The notes: generated from the sequence alone by a model not told the origin. A DNA stretch of 64,000 nucleotides from Prorocentrum cordatum (GCA_963575745.1 CAUYUJ010000092.1:372001-436000), one strand, 5' to 3'; shown: positions 25,871 to 37,309, counted from the stretch's first letter. Translations and numbers: made by a program.

Positions 25871-26807
25871 GCGGCACCCACAACGCGTTACCAACAATTG
25901 CTTATGGTTGGGTCTTTCGCCAGGATAATTTTTTTATAGTACGGATGATTGTTCTCCCTAAGGCCGTTTCAATAAGGGTGCTACGCTTTTTCTTTCATTG
26001 AGCAATATAATGTTGAAGGCAGAAGGCACTAATGCATTGTTCAAATTGTGTTGCAATGTGCAGCGATGGCGGGAGGTGGTTTGCATGGTTCCGGGTTTGT
26101 TGCTGGCCAGGTGAGTAAGGAGCGTTAGATCATGATGGGAACCTTTCCCCGAAAGAAGAAAAAATGTAAGATCCCATGGATGTATTGAAACCGGTGTCTC
26201 CTCCGATTGTTCGATTTCAACGAATGAGGTCGTAGCAATATCCGCAACGCAAGCGCCAAAAAATTCCAGGTGAAAGTCTTCGTTTCCGTTCCGAAATGGC
26301 TATATTGAAAGGGCATGCCGAATTCAATAATTGAATTATCGCGGGTTTCCCGTTATTGTCCAAACCGAAATCCGAAATGCCGCTTCCAAGTCAAAATAGG
26401 CGATATATTTACAAGATTTTGCGGGGTCGGAGCGCGTTTTTTAATGTTCGGCGACGACGAGCGTCATGGGGGGGCGGGGGAAGGCGGAAGGAGTATGACA
26501 TGACGCACCCCCCCCCGCCGTGAGGTTCCGGCACCACAGCCATGCCCGCGCGCACGACGCGACGACCGACGAGCGACGACGACGACATCCGCGCGCACGA
26601 CGCGACGAATGACGAGCGACGACGACGACGCGACTTGCATGTAAATGACGATTTGCCCACTGCGCCTGTGTAGATCACAACGCTCGCGTGCACCACACCG
26701 CACTTGCACAGAAGCATTGTGGTGTACGCAAGCGTTATGTTTGTTGCACATGGCTGGTGCGGTGCATGTATACCGGCACTAGAAATCTCTCAAATATCGG
26801 CACCAAC

Positions 26808-27075
26808 TGGACTCGCAACTGAACAACGGGACTCGCAACTGGAACAACGGGACTCGCAACTCAACAACGGGACTCGCAATTGGCAACAACGGGACCCGCA
26901 ACTGGCAATAACGGGACTCGCAACTGGCAACAACGGGACTCGCAACTGGCAACAACGGGACTCGCAACTGGCAACAACGGGACTCGCAATTGGCACGGGA
27001 TTCGTAATTGGCAACAGCGGGATTCGCAATTGGCAGGCTCGCAATTGGCAGCAAGGAGACTTGCAATTGGCAGCA
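26808..27075 (+). repeat. 20-22-bp tandem array (GGGACTCGCAACTGGCAACAAC), ~11 units
   Basis: Directly visible; inverted counterpart at 37310-37523. Confidence 0.95.
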
Positions 27076-28441
27076 ACGGGGCGCGCAAACGAAGGAATTG
27101 TAGAGACATGCGGCTTCTGCAAGAGACCCCGCTTAAGCGGGAAGTCGGTAAAAGAAAGAGAGTATGGGTTAGGCGGGGGAACCGGCCTACCAATTCAGCG
27201 GGAGATCCGGCTGCCGACCAGGGCGCCGATAGGAATTCTCACGAGAGCTCCCAAGGAACCACCCGTAGCAAACAGTTCTATAGAGGATCCCGCGGCATTC
27301 CCCTCAAAAGACCCGACAGAGGTGCACGAGGAAGGCCCTACGATGCCCCCGACATCAGCTCAGATGGTAACTCCGTGTTCCGACTCTTGCTCCGACCCCG
27401 GCTCCGACGCCAGCATTCAATCAGGTTGGAACGATTTCGGCACAGACTCCGATGGTATCGATTCCCAGCTTTGGTCGGCCGCGCGGTCTATAGTGAAAAG
27501 TCCCGCGGGGGCTCCCATGGGAAATCCCAGAGCAGTGCCCTCAGAAACCCGAATGCGAATCAATACAATGTCATTCCTGGGTACCGGACGGGCAGAGACG
27601 ACAACGAGCAGGGTGAGGGAGAGAAGGAAGGAGCAAAAGCAGGGATAGCGAACATACCGACTCCAACTCCCGACCTATTTACGTTTTCCCCGACCCCGGC
27701 TCCGACCGACGCTTCGACGCTCCACCTAATTTTCTTTCAAGTCTTCGTTTTGAAGATATCGACATCGATTCCTGTTATGGCGACGCTGGGTCTTGACCGA
27801 AATTTGGCCTCCGACCATCTTGAAGATTCTGTCGCTACAAGTCCGCTTATATTTCCGACAAGATCTCCAACAACTCCGGCTTCGAATCCAACTGCGGCGT
27901 CTGACTGGGCATCGGCTACAAGACATCGGTGCTTGTTCGTGGCAACAACCATCATGGGCTCAATGTATGTATCGGGCGGATCCGGCATGGCATTTGTGAA
28001 CCGTACGACGGTAACAACAACGAGTTTGGATATTAACCATGGCACGGCGGCGGCATTACGCAATATGACCGCGAATATTCCCAACAATATCTTCGACTAT
28101 CTATTGGTTATTACGGGACCAATCGGAATATCAATGCTACTACGACGGTGGCTGTGTGTTGTAGCCCTACTCCCACAACCAACGATAGCACCGACACTAC
28201 AGCCGACGTCAGCACCCACGCCAATTATGACGCCAACTACGACTACCGCGGTTTCCTCGAGCACTACCGGTTTAAATTATGTGGTCCGTCACGAATTCCC
28301 GCTCCAACCCCAACTTGTGGTCGAAGACATCATGGAACAAAGACCGACCACAAAGTGGACGAAGACATGGGTTGGTGGTGATATTAATTATTATGGTTGT
28401 TGGGTTGATGGTGATTAAGCTGTGGTTGTGTTGACTATCGT

Positions 28442-31400
28442 ATGACAGGCGCATTCGCCTACCGAGTTCGGTTCTCAATATCGTCTTCCGGGTCGTGCAA
28501 GCGGCATGTTACGATGGATTACCCTTGGACATACGCCAATAAGACAATCAAAATTTCTACAATCAAATATTTGATGTTACATCGATACCACTCTATCTAC
28601 AAACGTGTGGCTACGTCCACACTCCAACATCTTCCGTACAAATTTTCACCGCACGCGGGGAAACGCATTGGGGAAGCTGCCCATCCAGGTCCACCCGGAC
28701 TCGACAGGGCTTTGCAACTCTTAGGGTTGGGACCGACAGATGGGAATCGTACGATGAGCGGTGGGTACCGAATTCCACGGCCAGCTACTTCACCAACGTC
28801 ACGCCTACGACCAGGACAACAAGTTCGTGGCGTACCACCGACTACGGTGTCATCCGGTCCGCCTCCCAACCTCCCGAACGTAACTCCTTACCCCTTTGTC
28901 CACCCAATCCCCATATCTGCCAACGTCCCCCTTGCCCCTGCTCCAGAACCACTATCCCCAGGCAGAGCCGAATATGACCCGCCGCCTCAGAGACCCCCCA
29001 TTGATAGGACCCTTCAGCTATTGTGCCTGGGGCCTCCGGCGGGCACTCACGATGGAACCCCCATCCCAGCTCCACCTGAAATACGCGAACCTGGGGCCCA
29101 GACCCTAGCGACGGGCATCTCCACCCCCGAAGGCAGCCCTGCGAGCCTTCCCTGCGCCCCTCCACCTGGGCTTGCTGCCCCCGACTCTCCATCCCATCGC
29201 TCTTCCATCGCACTTCCTCCAACTCCGGCACTACCAAACCCCCCTCTGCACGGCCCGGCGGCCCTTCCAATTTCTGCCCCGCCCATACCAAGCGACCTGC
29301 CCGGAGATGGCGGCCCCGACGACATACCGACCTCAGCTGCTAATCACGCGGTCGACGGTGCCCGCGGCGAAGATGGACGTCCTTACCCAACTCACAATGA
29401 AGTTCCTTCCCAAATTACGCAGGCTCTGAATGCACTGGGCCTTGGGCCGAGACCTCTGACTCCCGTAGGAGGCTGGCCTACACCACCCGGCAATCCAGCG
29501 GCCCACGTCGAGATCAGCGCCGCCGGCTTGCGACATTGGGGGGATGAGCAACCTGGGCAATGATGACGACGACGACGGAGATCCGGGAAATGCGGCTTCT
29601 GACGAAGAGGATCGTGGCGAACCTGATTTGGCTCCTGTCCGACCTCCGCCCGACGCGGTGCAAGCAGCCCACAACTTGCTATGTCTACTGGGGCGCATTC
29701 CAGCTGGAGCCGATGACGCGGCTATGCAAAATACCATTGAACAACACAAATGGTCAAATTTCAATGTGCCTATCTTTTGGGCAGCCGCGGGAACATCAAA
29801 TGACGTGCCTTTGGTATCATGGTTGGAAAATTTACTGACAATTTTCGTCGCCGAATTCTCCATATTCCATGAGCTGGTTGATGCGGGTGCTGCACGGGGA
29901 GCTTTTGACCACATGCGGACTGGAATGCGACACATTGGCATTACGGACACAGCGTCGATGTGTGCATGGTTAACGGCGAACGACCCTCGTAACAGAGTGT
30001 TTGCGGAAAATAATTATTTCAATGGCAGATTACAAAAACGGCTTTGGGATCAAATTGCGCAGGCTACAGCGGCGGCTCGTCGTATGGAAGCAGTGTATTT
30101 TGCGATCGCTGTGGTTGCACAAGGCGCCAGATATACGCAATTACATGGCGGACAGTCTTCGACAGCGACGTCCACCTCCGACCCGACGCGCAGAAGGACC
30201 ACCACAACCCACATCGGGTGAAACTCCACCACCGCGACCGCCACGGCACCCCGAACCACGCCTTCCACCTACATCGGGAGGAACACATATGCAAGGACGT
30301 CCTGGGGTCGCTCGTCTGCCGGATGGCTGGCGGCATATCGATGCAGTGGATATACGGACTGAGGTCGACAACCGCATCCTGACGCTGCAATCCATCCCAA
30401 AATTCATACGGGGCGCCTTCCTACGCATTCTAACACAATGCTTGGTTGAAGTGGAACGAACGCACTTACATTGGGACAGAGATGAAAATGCGGAAGGTGA
30501 CTGCGCACGGGCATGGATATTATTTCTCCTGCTCCCCAGGATGTTACTACACCCGACAGCCCATGGAGGGAAAGCGGGTGAGCGCGACTTACGCCAATGA
30601 GTTGCTTTGTTTGATAATGGGGATTGGGATCAACTTCTGAGCAGGGCTCGGAGCAGCATGGCGAAACGCAGCTCCAAGCCTACACGCGCACCCCGGAGAA
30701 CCCCAGGAGAGAAAGAAAACATAAATAAAGCGATGTCTCTCATCAAACGGGGGGAACTGAGCCATGCTGCCCGGGTGCTTACGTCAACAGGGATTGCCCC
30801 AGGCACCCAGGCCACGCTAGACGAGCTGACCGACCCGTTATTACGGCCGGCACTTCCTGCGGAACCATTGCCACCTGATCTCGCCGATTTTGCGCCAGCG
30901 CGGGACGTGGACTTGGACAGAGATGTATTTGCGACGGTGCTGCGCCAAACGAGGCGCGGTCTGAGCGGAGGGATGTGGGGAAGCCGATATGAACACTTCA
31001 AGCCATGCCTGGAGGACGATGTCGCCTTCGACGCCATGTACGACGTAGCGCAGAGGTTCGCGAGAGCGCATATTCCAGAGATTATCCGGGATGGGCTCCT
31101 CTATTCGTCATTGACCGCGGTCTTGAAACCGAATTCGCGAGTGAGGGACATATCCAGTGGAGATACATTTCGGCGGCTTGTGGCAAAAACACTTGCTAAA
31201 CAATTTCAAGACAGTTTACGACAAGTCGTGTGGCCGCACAATTTTGGGATTTATGACCGTTCGGGCACCGATGCCGCCATCCACCTCTTGAGGTATTTGA
31301 CCGATGTGAACCCCGACAAAGTTCTTCTCAGTATCGATGGGGTGGGAGCCTTCGACCACGTATCGAGGACGCGCATGTTCGAGCAACTCATGGCTAATGG

Positions 31401-31850
31401 GAGCCTGCACGGATTGCTCCCCTTTGTCAGACTATGGTATGGCGTCCCATCGCAGTTCAAATGGACAGATGATGACGAGAGGGTTCACACAATACCCCAA
31501 GGAGATGGCGGGGAGCAAGGTGACGCTTTGATGCCAGCATTGTTTCGCCTCGCGCTCCACAGCGCCTTAGAGCAGATCAAAGCAGACCTCCCAGCTGGGG
31601 CCGAAGTGATCGCTTACCTTGACGATATATACGTGGTCTGCGACCCCGCTGACGTGGCTAATGTGTATGACGCTATCCGGGCCACCCTCCGAAGAACATG
31701 CCATATCGATGTCAACATCGGCAAATTGGCGGCATGGAACAAAAAACGCAATCCCTGTCCCCCAGGTTTGCACGCACGGGGCGCTACAGCATGGGTCTAC
31801 GACAAGCCAGAGGCGGAACAAGGAATACGGGTCTTAGGGTCACCATTTGG
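28442..31850 (+). mobile_element. CRE-like non-LTR retrotransposon copy B (disrupted ORF, 3'-truncated just after the RT core)
   Basis: Collinear with ORF 32270-36229: WSNFNVPIFWAAAGT, GVARLPDGWRHID, LLLPRMLLH, RGELSHAARVL, SGDTFRRLVAK, SIDGVGAFDHV, GGEQGDALMPALF, AYLDD, VLGSPFG. Frameshifts near 29550 and 30220; in-frame TGA at 30598-30600 where copy C has Arg. Confidence 0.95.
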
Positions 31851-31948
31851 TCCACCAGGAGAGCCGGGAGAGCTGGCTTCAAAAAGAAAACTAGGTTTAA
31901 TGGGAGAGGTTGCTTTAACAGGAAACTGGGTTCAAACGGGAGGGAAGG

Positions 31949-31949
<1 letters not shown>

Positions 31950-32008
<59 letters not shown>
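31950..32008. repeat. Poly-T (59 nt); poly-A on the minus strand, possibly the tail of CRE copy C
   Basis: Directly visible; 260 nt downstream of the copy C stop codon in element orientation. Confidence 0.9.
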
Positions 32009-32132
32009 CCAGGTGCGAGCCCCGACAGGTGACGACGAAGGCGGCGGGTGAGACAGAGCAGCGACGCCCGAAAAACGTCTAAGACGGAGGGCGGCAGCAG
32101 CGCGGCGGCAGCGGGGCGGCTAAGCAGCTAAA

Positions 32133-32269
32133 GAGGAGGAGGAGGAGGAGGAGGAGGAGGAGGAGGAGGAGGAGGAGGAGGAGGAGGAGGAGGAGGAGGA
32201 GGAGGAGGAGGAGGAGGAGGAGGAGGAGGAGGAGGAGGAGGAGGAGGAGGAGGAGGAGGAGGAGGAGGA
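32133..32269. repeat. Perfect (GGA)n, ~45 units, abutting the stop codon of CRE copy C
   Basis: Minus strand reads ...GAG GTC CTC TGA TCC TCC TCC... Confidence 0.97.
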
Positions 32270-35200
32270 TCAGAGGACCTCCAAATCAGCCAGGCCGGGA
32301 ACCGGCTCAAGTGAGGTCGTTGGTAGGTCTCCGGGGTCATGTAGGACCATGTGTGCCACTGATCGTTGCAGGGCAATACCAAGTAACCCCCACCAACGAT
32401 GAAGTAAGCCTAATTCGGTCCCACGCCGTACCCTTGCTGGGAGAAATCGGCACCTTTCTCTGGCCAGAGCGGGAACGATTTGAATGCATTGGTTGCCCCA
32501 TCGTCCATACACCTCTGATCCCAAGCACAGTAGAGCCCCAAGTCCTGAGTCCACCACTTCCCTGTATGTGTTGTTGTTTTCGTTTTCAGCCCTTTCTAGT
32601 AGCCCACCACTCTGGTTGCTTGTGCCCGTCCGAGCGGCTCCCGTCCTTTGAATTGGGGAAACCACTGTGATATCGCAAAACAGCGGTAAGCCTCGTGCCA
32701 CATTCGTGCAAGGGACGATGAGGTCGAGTCGTCTCGAGTCTCCTGCGGGCACCGGAACATGCGTCGTGCTTAGGGTGCGTTCTATGTTCCGATCAGGTAT
32801 GAGCCCCCCGCCTTCTGTAAAGACCTGGCGCCAAGCTGTGACCATCCACGTATGTCGAGAATTGAGACGACCATACGTGTTATCCGACATTCGAGAATGG
32901 CCGTGCGGGTCCCCCCCCTCGAATCGTACCCCAATTCCGAGTCGTCGTCGCACAGCGCAAGATGTAGTTGCATTGTCCATGGTTAAACTGTCTGTGGTTG
33001 GACATACAGTGAGCCAAATTGCCGCATAAGGACCCATACATGATCGTAGCCGCGCTTTTCCTGCCGTAGCTGCATTCGCCCGGGCATGCGGCCCACCGCC
33101 CAATTCACGCAACACCGTCGTATATGTTTGACGTAGTACGCCTGAAGACGCATGGAACTGCCATCCGTGAGTCCATTCACCTAGAGCCAATGGCATTGGG
33201 GGAGGCGCAGGCGGCGAATTGTCGACCGCAAGTGTGCCCCAGAGAGGTCTGTCGTTCCAGTTGGCACTGTCACAGAATCGACCAGCCTCTTCAGCGGCGC
33301 GGAGGCAATCGGGTCGAGCCCCCGGTACCAAATTTTGAGCGTTGTCCAGGTTTGTTAAGTGGAATAAGATATCTCGGCCGATCGTCGGAAATCCAAGGAT
33401 CAGGCTCCGTATTGAATCCGCCCAACTGGCCCAGTACGCAGCTGACGACAGAAGAACAGAGTCTCGTAACCCAAGACCGCCAAAACGTAACGGCAGTCTA
33501 GCTTCTGCAACCCATGTGTTGTAGTGTACATCGTGTAGGTCCGGGCCCCACTCGTCGGGTCCACAAATACCGAACAGTTGCCGAAACGTGTCCAATACAT
33601 TCGCGTCGTGAGCAAGTGCTGCTGTTCTGGACGCGTGCGGCGGGGTTGTGCGCAGCAAGTGGTTGAGACGTGGTACCGCACAGAAGTACAACAATAGCCA
33701 AGCGCATTGGAGGGAAGGGGGCTTAGGTAGGAATTTAAGTAGCTTCTCCTTCTCCTCCACTAACGCCAGGCCAAATGCCTCCACATATGCGGTCGTTCCA
33801 AACGGAGCCCCGAATATGCGCATCCCTTGTTCTGGTAGCGGTCGGTCGTGCACCCACGGGTTGTTGTCGCTCCTCTCCGCAAGTTCTGGGGGGCAAGGGT
33901 TGACATTTCTACTCCATGCGGCCAACTTTCCGATGTTGACGTCGATGTGACACACATTACGTAGCGTACCACTTACATCGTCGAAGATGGCAGCCGCATC
34001 CGCAGGAGCGCAAATGATGTATATGTCGTCCAAATATGCAATGATTTCCGCTCCTGCCGGCAACCTGGCCCGCACTTGTCTCAAAGCAGGGTCCAAAGCC
34101 AAACAGAACAAAGCGGGCATGAGGGCATCTCCTTGTTCCCCCCCGTCCCCTTGCGTGATTGTGTGCACGACGCCCCGATCGTTTCGCCATTTGAATTGTG
34201 ATGGCACGGCATACCACTGCCGTACGAATGGCACCAATTCTTGTAAAGATCCATGCGCCATCAATTGTTCGAACATACGGGCCCGACACACATGGTCGAA
34301 TGCCCCCACACCGTCGATGCTAAATACTACCTTATCCGGGTCTGCGTCGGTCAGATATTGTATAAGGTGTATTGCTGCATCTGTCCCACTTCGGTCGTGT
34401 AGCCCGAAATTGAATGGCCAAATTGCGGTTTTGAGGGCGTCGTGGTATTGTCGTGCAAGTGTTTTCGCAACCAACCGCCTGAAAGTGTCTCCTGCTGAGA
34501 TGCCGCGGACCCGGGAATTTGGTTTCAATACCGCAGTTAGCGATGAAAAGAGCATGGCATCCCGAATAATCGTAGGTATCTCCGCCCGTGCCACCCGTTG
34601 TGCGACCTCATGTAGAGCGTCCAATGTCGTGTCGTCCTCCAAGCATGTTTTGAAATATTCGTATCGCGCCCCCCACAGACCACCACTGAGCCCTTTCCGT
34701 GACTCCCGCAACACAGTCGCAAATATATCTTTGTCCAGGTGGATTTGTTCCGCGGGGGCGAACTGAGGAAGGTTATGTGGTAGATCTTCCGATGGTTCTT
34801 GTGGGCGTAGCCTTCTGTCCGTGAGCTCAGCATAAGTGTTGTCGTCTCCAGGTGCCAGTCCATTGGAGGAGATCACCCGGGCTGCATGGCTGAGTTCTCC
34901 TTGCTTGATGAGCGCAATTATCTTCTCGATTTGCTTCGCCTCCTTCGCACTCGCATTGTCGTGCTGTCGTGCTCCATTGCTGTCGGTGGTCGGGATTGTT
35001 TGCTCCGCAAGCCATAGAAGTTTGTCCCAATCTCCGGAATCGAATAAAGCGATACGTCGTCTGAGCATCCGCTCCCCAGATTTCCCACCATGCGTCGTAG
35101 TGTGCAGTGGCATACGTGGGAGAAGTAGAAGAAGCCTCCAAGCCCGGGTGCATGTGTTTTCAGCACCGCGGTCTCGATCCCAAGTGTTGTGTGCCCGTTG

Positions 35201-36229
35201 TATTTCACATAAGCATTGTGTCAAGATGCGTTGGTATGGTCCTCTAATACATTTGGGGACCGATTTGAGCGTACGGATCGGTTTGTCGATCTCGATATTC
35301 AGGTCGATGTTTTCGATGTGGTGCCATCCGTTCGGTAACCGAGCTACCCCTGCAATTTGATGTTGTGGTGGTTGTAGATTTGGAGCTCCGCTGTTAGGAG
35401 GTCCATTGAGTCCTCCATCCGGCGGTGGCTGCACTGGCGTATGTGAGCGCAATGCGCGTGACAAAAAATACCGTGCTGCAGGTGTTTTGTAGAGCCCCAC
35501 CGTAATCGCAACATAGACCGTTTCCAGTCTCCGCGCGTCCGCTGAGATTTGGGCCAGTTGGTCCATAAGTTCCTCCTGCAATGGTCTATTGAAGTAACCG
35601 TGTACCGCATGTACAGTATGGCCAGAGGTGTGTATGCTTAGCCATGTACGTAAACCCGTTTTATCAGCAATACCCATTTGTCGCATGTTGCGGCGAATAG
35701 TTTGGAGGGCACCCCGTGCAGCGCCTACCGGCACCAAAGTATGGAAGGCAAGATGGTTTTCACAAAATATTTCGATCATATGTTCCAGCCATTCGATAAT
35801 ACTGATATCATCTTGTGTGCCGGAAGCTGCCCAAAAGATTGGCACGTTCAGGAATGACCATTGTTGTTGTTCCACCCGCTCCATAATTAGAGTATCATCC
35901 GCTCCAATCGGGATGCCGTCCACCAAGCATAACAATCGATGTGCAATGTCGCGTGCAGGCGGGTTGGGTCGGATGCGCTCGAAATTGGTCTGGTCGGCTT
36001 CGTCTCCCTCGTCCGCGTCGACGTCGGAACAGTCATGGCGTGCATCATCACGCCCCCGCAATGTTGGATGTGGCATGGGTCTTCCGCCCTCATCCCGGAT
36101 TCCAGTGATGAGAATGTCGTCATCGTCGTCGTCATCATCAAGGTCGCTCATGGCGCCCATGTCGCATGCCAATGCTGCCTCATGGGATGGTGCCTCGGGT
36201 TCACCAGGAGGGCCCTCTGGAGTGGCCAT
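32270..36229 (-). CDS. CRE-clade-like non-LTR retrotransposon polyprotein (reverse transcriptase + restriction-like endonuclease), copy C, uninterrupted 1319 aa
   Basis: RT motifs KPNSRVRGISAGDTFRRLVAK, SIDGVGAFDHV, QGDALMPALF, AYLDD (~34025-34040), IFGAPFG. Thumb PRLNHLLRT and LPLRFGGLGLRD. RLE motifs RH, RRLDLIVP, LFCDITVVSP, EVYGRWG, IALQRS. No AP endonuclease, RNase H or integrase. Confidence 0.95.
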   Translation of the reverse strand: MATPEGPPGEPEAPSHEAALACDMGAMSDLDDDDDDDDILITGIRDEGGRPMPHPTLRGRDDARHDCSDVDADEGDEADQTNFERIRPNPPARDIAHRLLCLVDGIPIGADDTLIMERVEQQQWSFLNVPIFWAASGTQDDISIIEWLEHMIEIFCENHLAFHTLVPVGAARGALQTIRRNMRQMGIADKTGLRTWLSIHTSGHTVHAVHGYFNRPLQEELMDQLAQISADARRLETVYVAITVGLYKTPAARYFLSRALRSHTPVQPPPDGGLNGPPNSGAPNLQPPQHQIAGVARLPNGWHHIENIDLNIEIDKPIRTLKSVPKCIRGPYQRILTQCLCEIQRAHNTWDRDRGAENTCTRAWRLLLLLPRMPLHTTTHGGKSGERMLRRRIALFDSGDWDKLLWLAEQTIPTTDSNGARQHDNASAKEAKQIEKIIALIKQGELSHAARVISSNGLAPGDDNTYAELTDRRLRPQEPSEDLPHNLPQFAPAEQIHLDKDIFATVLRESRKGLSGGLWGARYEYFKTCLEDDTTLDALHEVAQRVARAEIPTIIRDAMLFSSLTAVLKPNSRVRGISAGDTFRRLVAKTLARQYHDALKTAIWPFNFGLHDRSGTDAAIHLIQYLTDADPDKVVFSIDGVGAFDHVCRARMFEQLMAHGSLQELVPFVRQWYAVPSQFKWRNDRGVVHTITQGDGGEQGDALMPALFCLALDPALRQVRARLPAGAEIIAYLDDIYIICAPADAAAIFDDVSGTLRNVCHIDVNIGKLAAWSRNVNPCPPELAERSDNNPWVHDRPLPEQGMRIFGAPFGTTAYVEAFGLALVEEKEKLLKFLPKPPSLQCAWLLLYFCAVPRLNHLLRTTPPHASRTAALAHDANVLDTFRQLFGICGPDEWGPDLHDVHYNTWVAEARLPLRFGGLGLRDSVLLSSAAYWASWADSIRSLILGFPTIGRDILFHLTNLDNAQNLVPGARPDCLRAAEEAGRFCDSANWNDRPLWGTLAVDNSPPAPPPMPLALGEWTHGWQFHASSGVLRQTYTTVLRELGGGPHARANAATAGKARLRSCMGPYAAIWLTVCPTTDSLTMDNATTSCAVRRRLGIGVRFEGGDPHGHSRMSDNTYGRLNSRHTWMVTAWRQVFTEGGGLIPDRNIERTLSTTHVPVPAGDSRRLDLIVPCTNVARGLPLFCDITVVSPIQRTGAARTGTSNQSGGLLERAENENNNTYREVVDSGLGALLCLGSEVYGRWGNQCIQIVPALARERCRFLPARVRRGTELGLLHRWWGLLGIALQRSVAHMVLHDPGDLPTTSLEPVPGLADLEVL

Positions 36230-37309
36230 GCCTGCTACAAGGGGTGGAGGTCCTGGAAGTGGGGCGATTGGAGTCGGAAGGGCGCCTATGTTTTCCTAGA
36301 GCTTGGTTTTTTGTGGGAAAGACGGTTTGGTGAGTCGGCTTTAGCCGGACATACAGAATGGTGAGATATGTCGGGAATTCGTTTATGGATTAGCGGTGAA
36401 ATCCGGTTCTGTCTTTTTTGTACTGCATTGATTCTGTATTCGCCCGGATTGTAATAATATGTATTTCTTTCGATTACGTAATCGTAAATGGCCCCCGTTC
36501 ACCGGATTGAAAACATTGCCGTAACCATACGGAGAAGCCTATAATATTCCCGACATTCTTCCGCATTGTTTCAAGGACCGAACCCGCGATCATAGTGATT
36601 ATTCCGTTTGTCATATGCGGGGGTCTTGCAGCCAATAGGACGGCACTACATTTCGACGACGACCTGCCGATGACAACGAAATTCCTCGACAATTTCACGG
36701 CGACGACCTGCTCGACGATAACGAAATTTCCTTGGCCGACCTCTTGCATGTGATCCTTCCTCCTGTTCACCCTCTTCCTCATTCGGACCTCGCAAAGCAA
36801 TTATGTCCACCCCAAACGGCCGTGCTGAACCCCCCAACGGCCGCTAAGTCAGAACGCGGCCGCGGTCGCGCTCCTTCCCGCCCGGCAGCTGTAAAGGGAA
36901 GTCTCTGTGCATTCGACGACCTGCTAGGCGATGACGAAATTTTCCCCGTGGCCTTCTTCGACCTCCTCCTCTTGGACCTCCTCTTTTGCTCTTCTTCTTC
37001 GTCCTTCTCTTCATGCTCCTCGCCCTCTCTTTTTCATATTCTTGCTCCTCGATCTTTTTCCTTTTCTCTTTCTTTCCCCAATCGGAGTCTGCCTCCTCAT
37101 TACGAACCTCCCTCTGCCTCCTCCTCATCCTCAGCCTCCTCTTCGAAGTCCCGCCTCTCGCGGATGCTGTTCGCCCGGTTCGCCGGGCTTCGTCTCGCCG
37201 GGCTTCGTTTCGCCGGGGTCGCTTTCGCCAAGTTTCGTCTCGCTGGGCTTCGTTCTCGGGGATGCGCATGTAGTTGCGAGTGTCGTTTTCCAAATGCGAG
37301 CCCCGTTAA

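Noticed and set aside
23613..25883. Long ORFs (756, 626, 565 aa) across the 77-bp array; CRISPR-like or ribozyme-array appearance
   Set aside because: The period is not a multiple of 3, so the frames simply cycle. There are no unique spacers or cas genes. The minus strand has CGAAAC but no CUGANGA hammerhead core.
32013..32047. Micro-exon after poly-T (TTTCCAG|...|GTGAGA)
   Set aside because: Splice-like signals are present, but there are no partner exons and the poly-T has simpler explanations.
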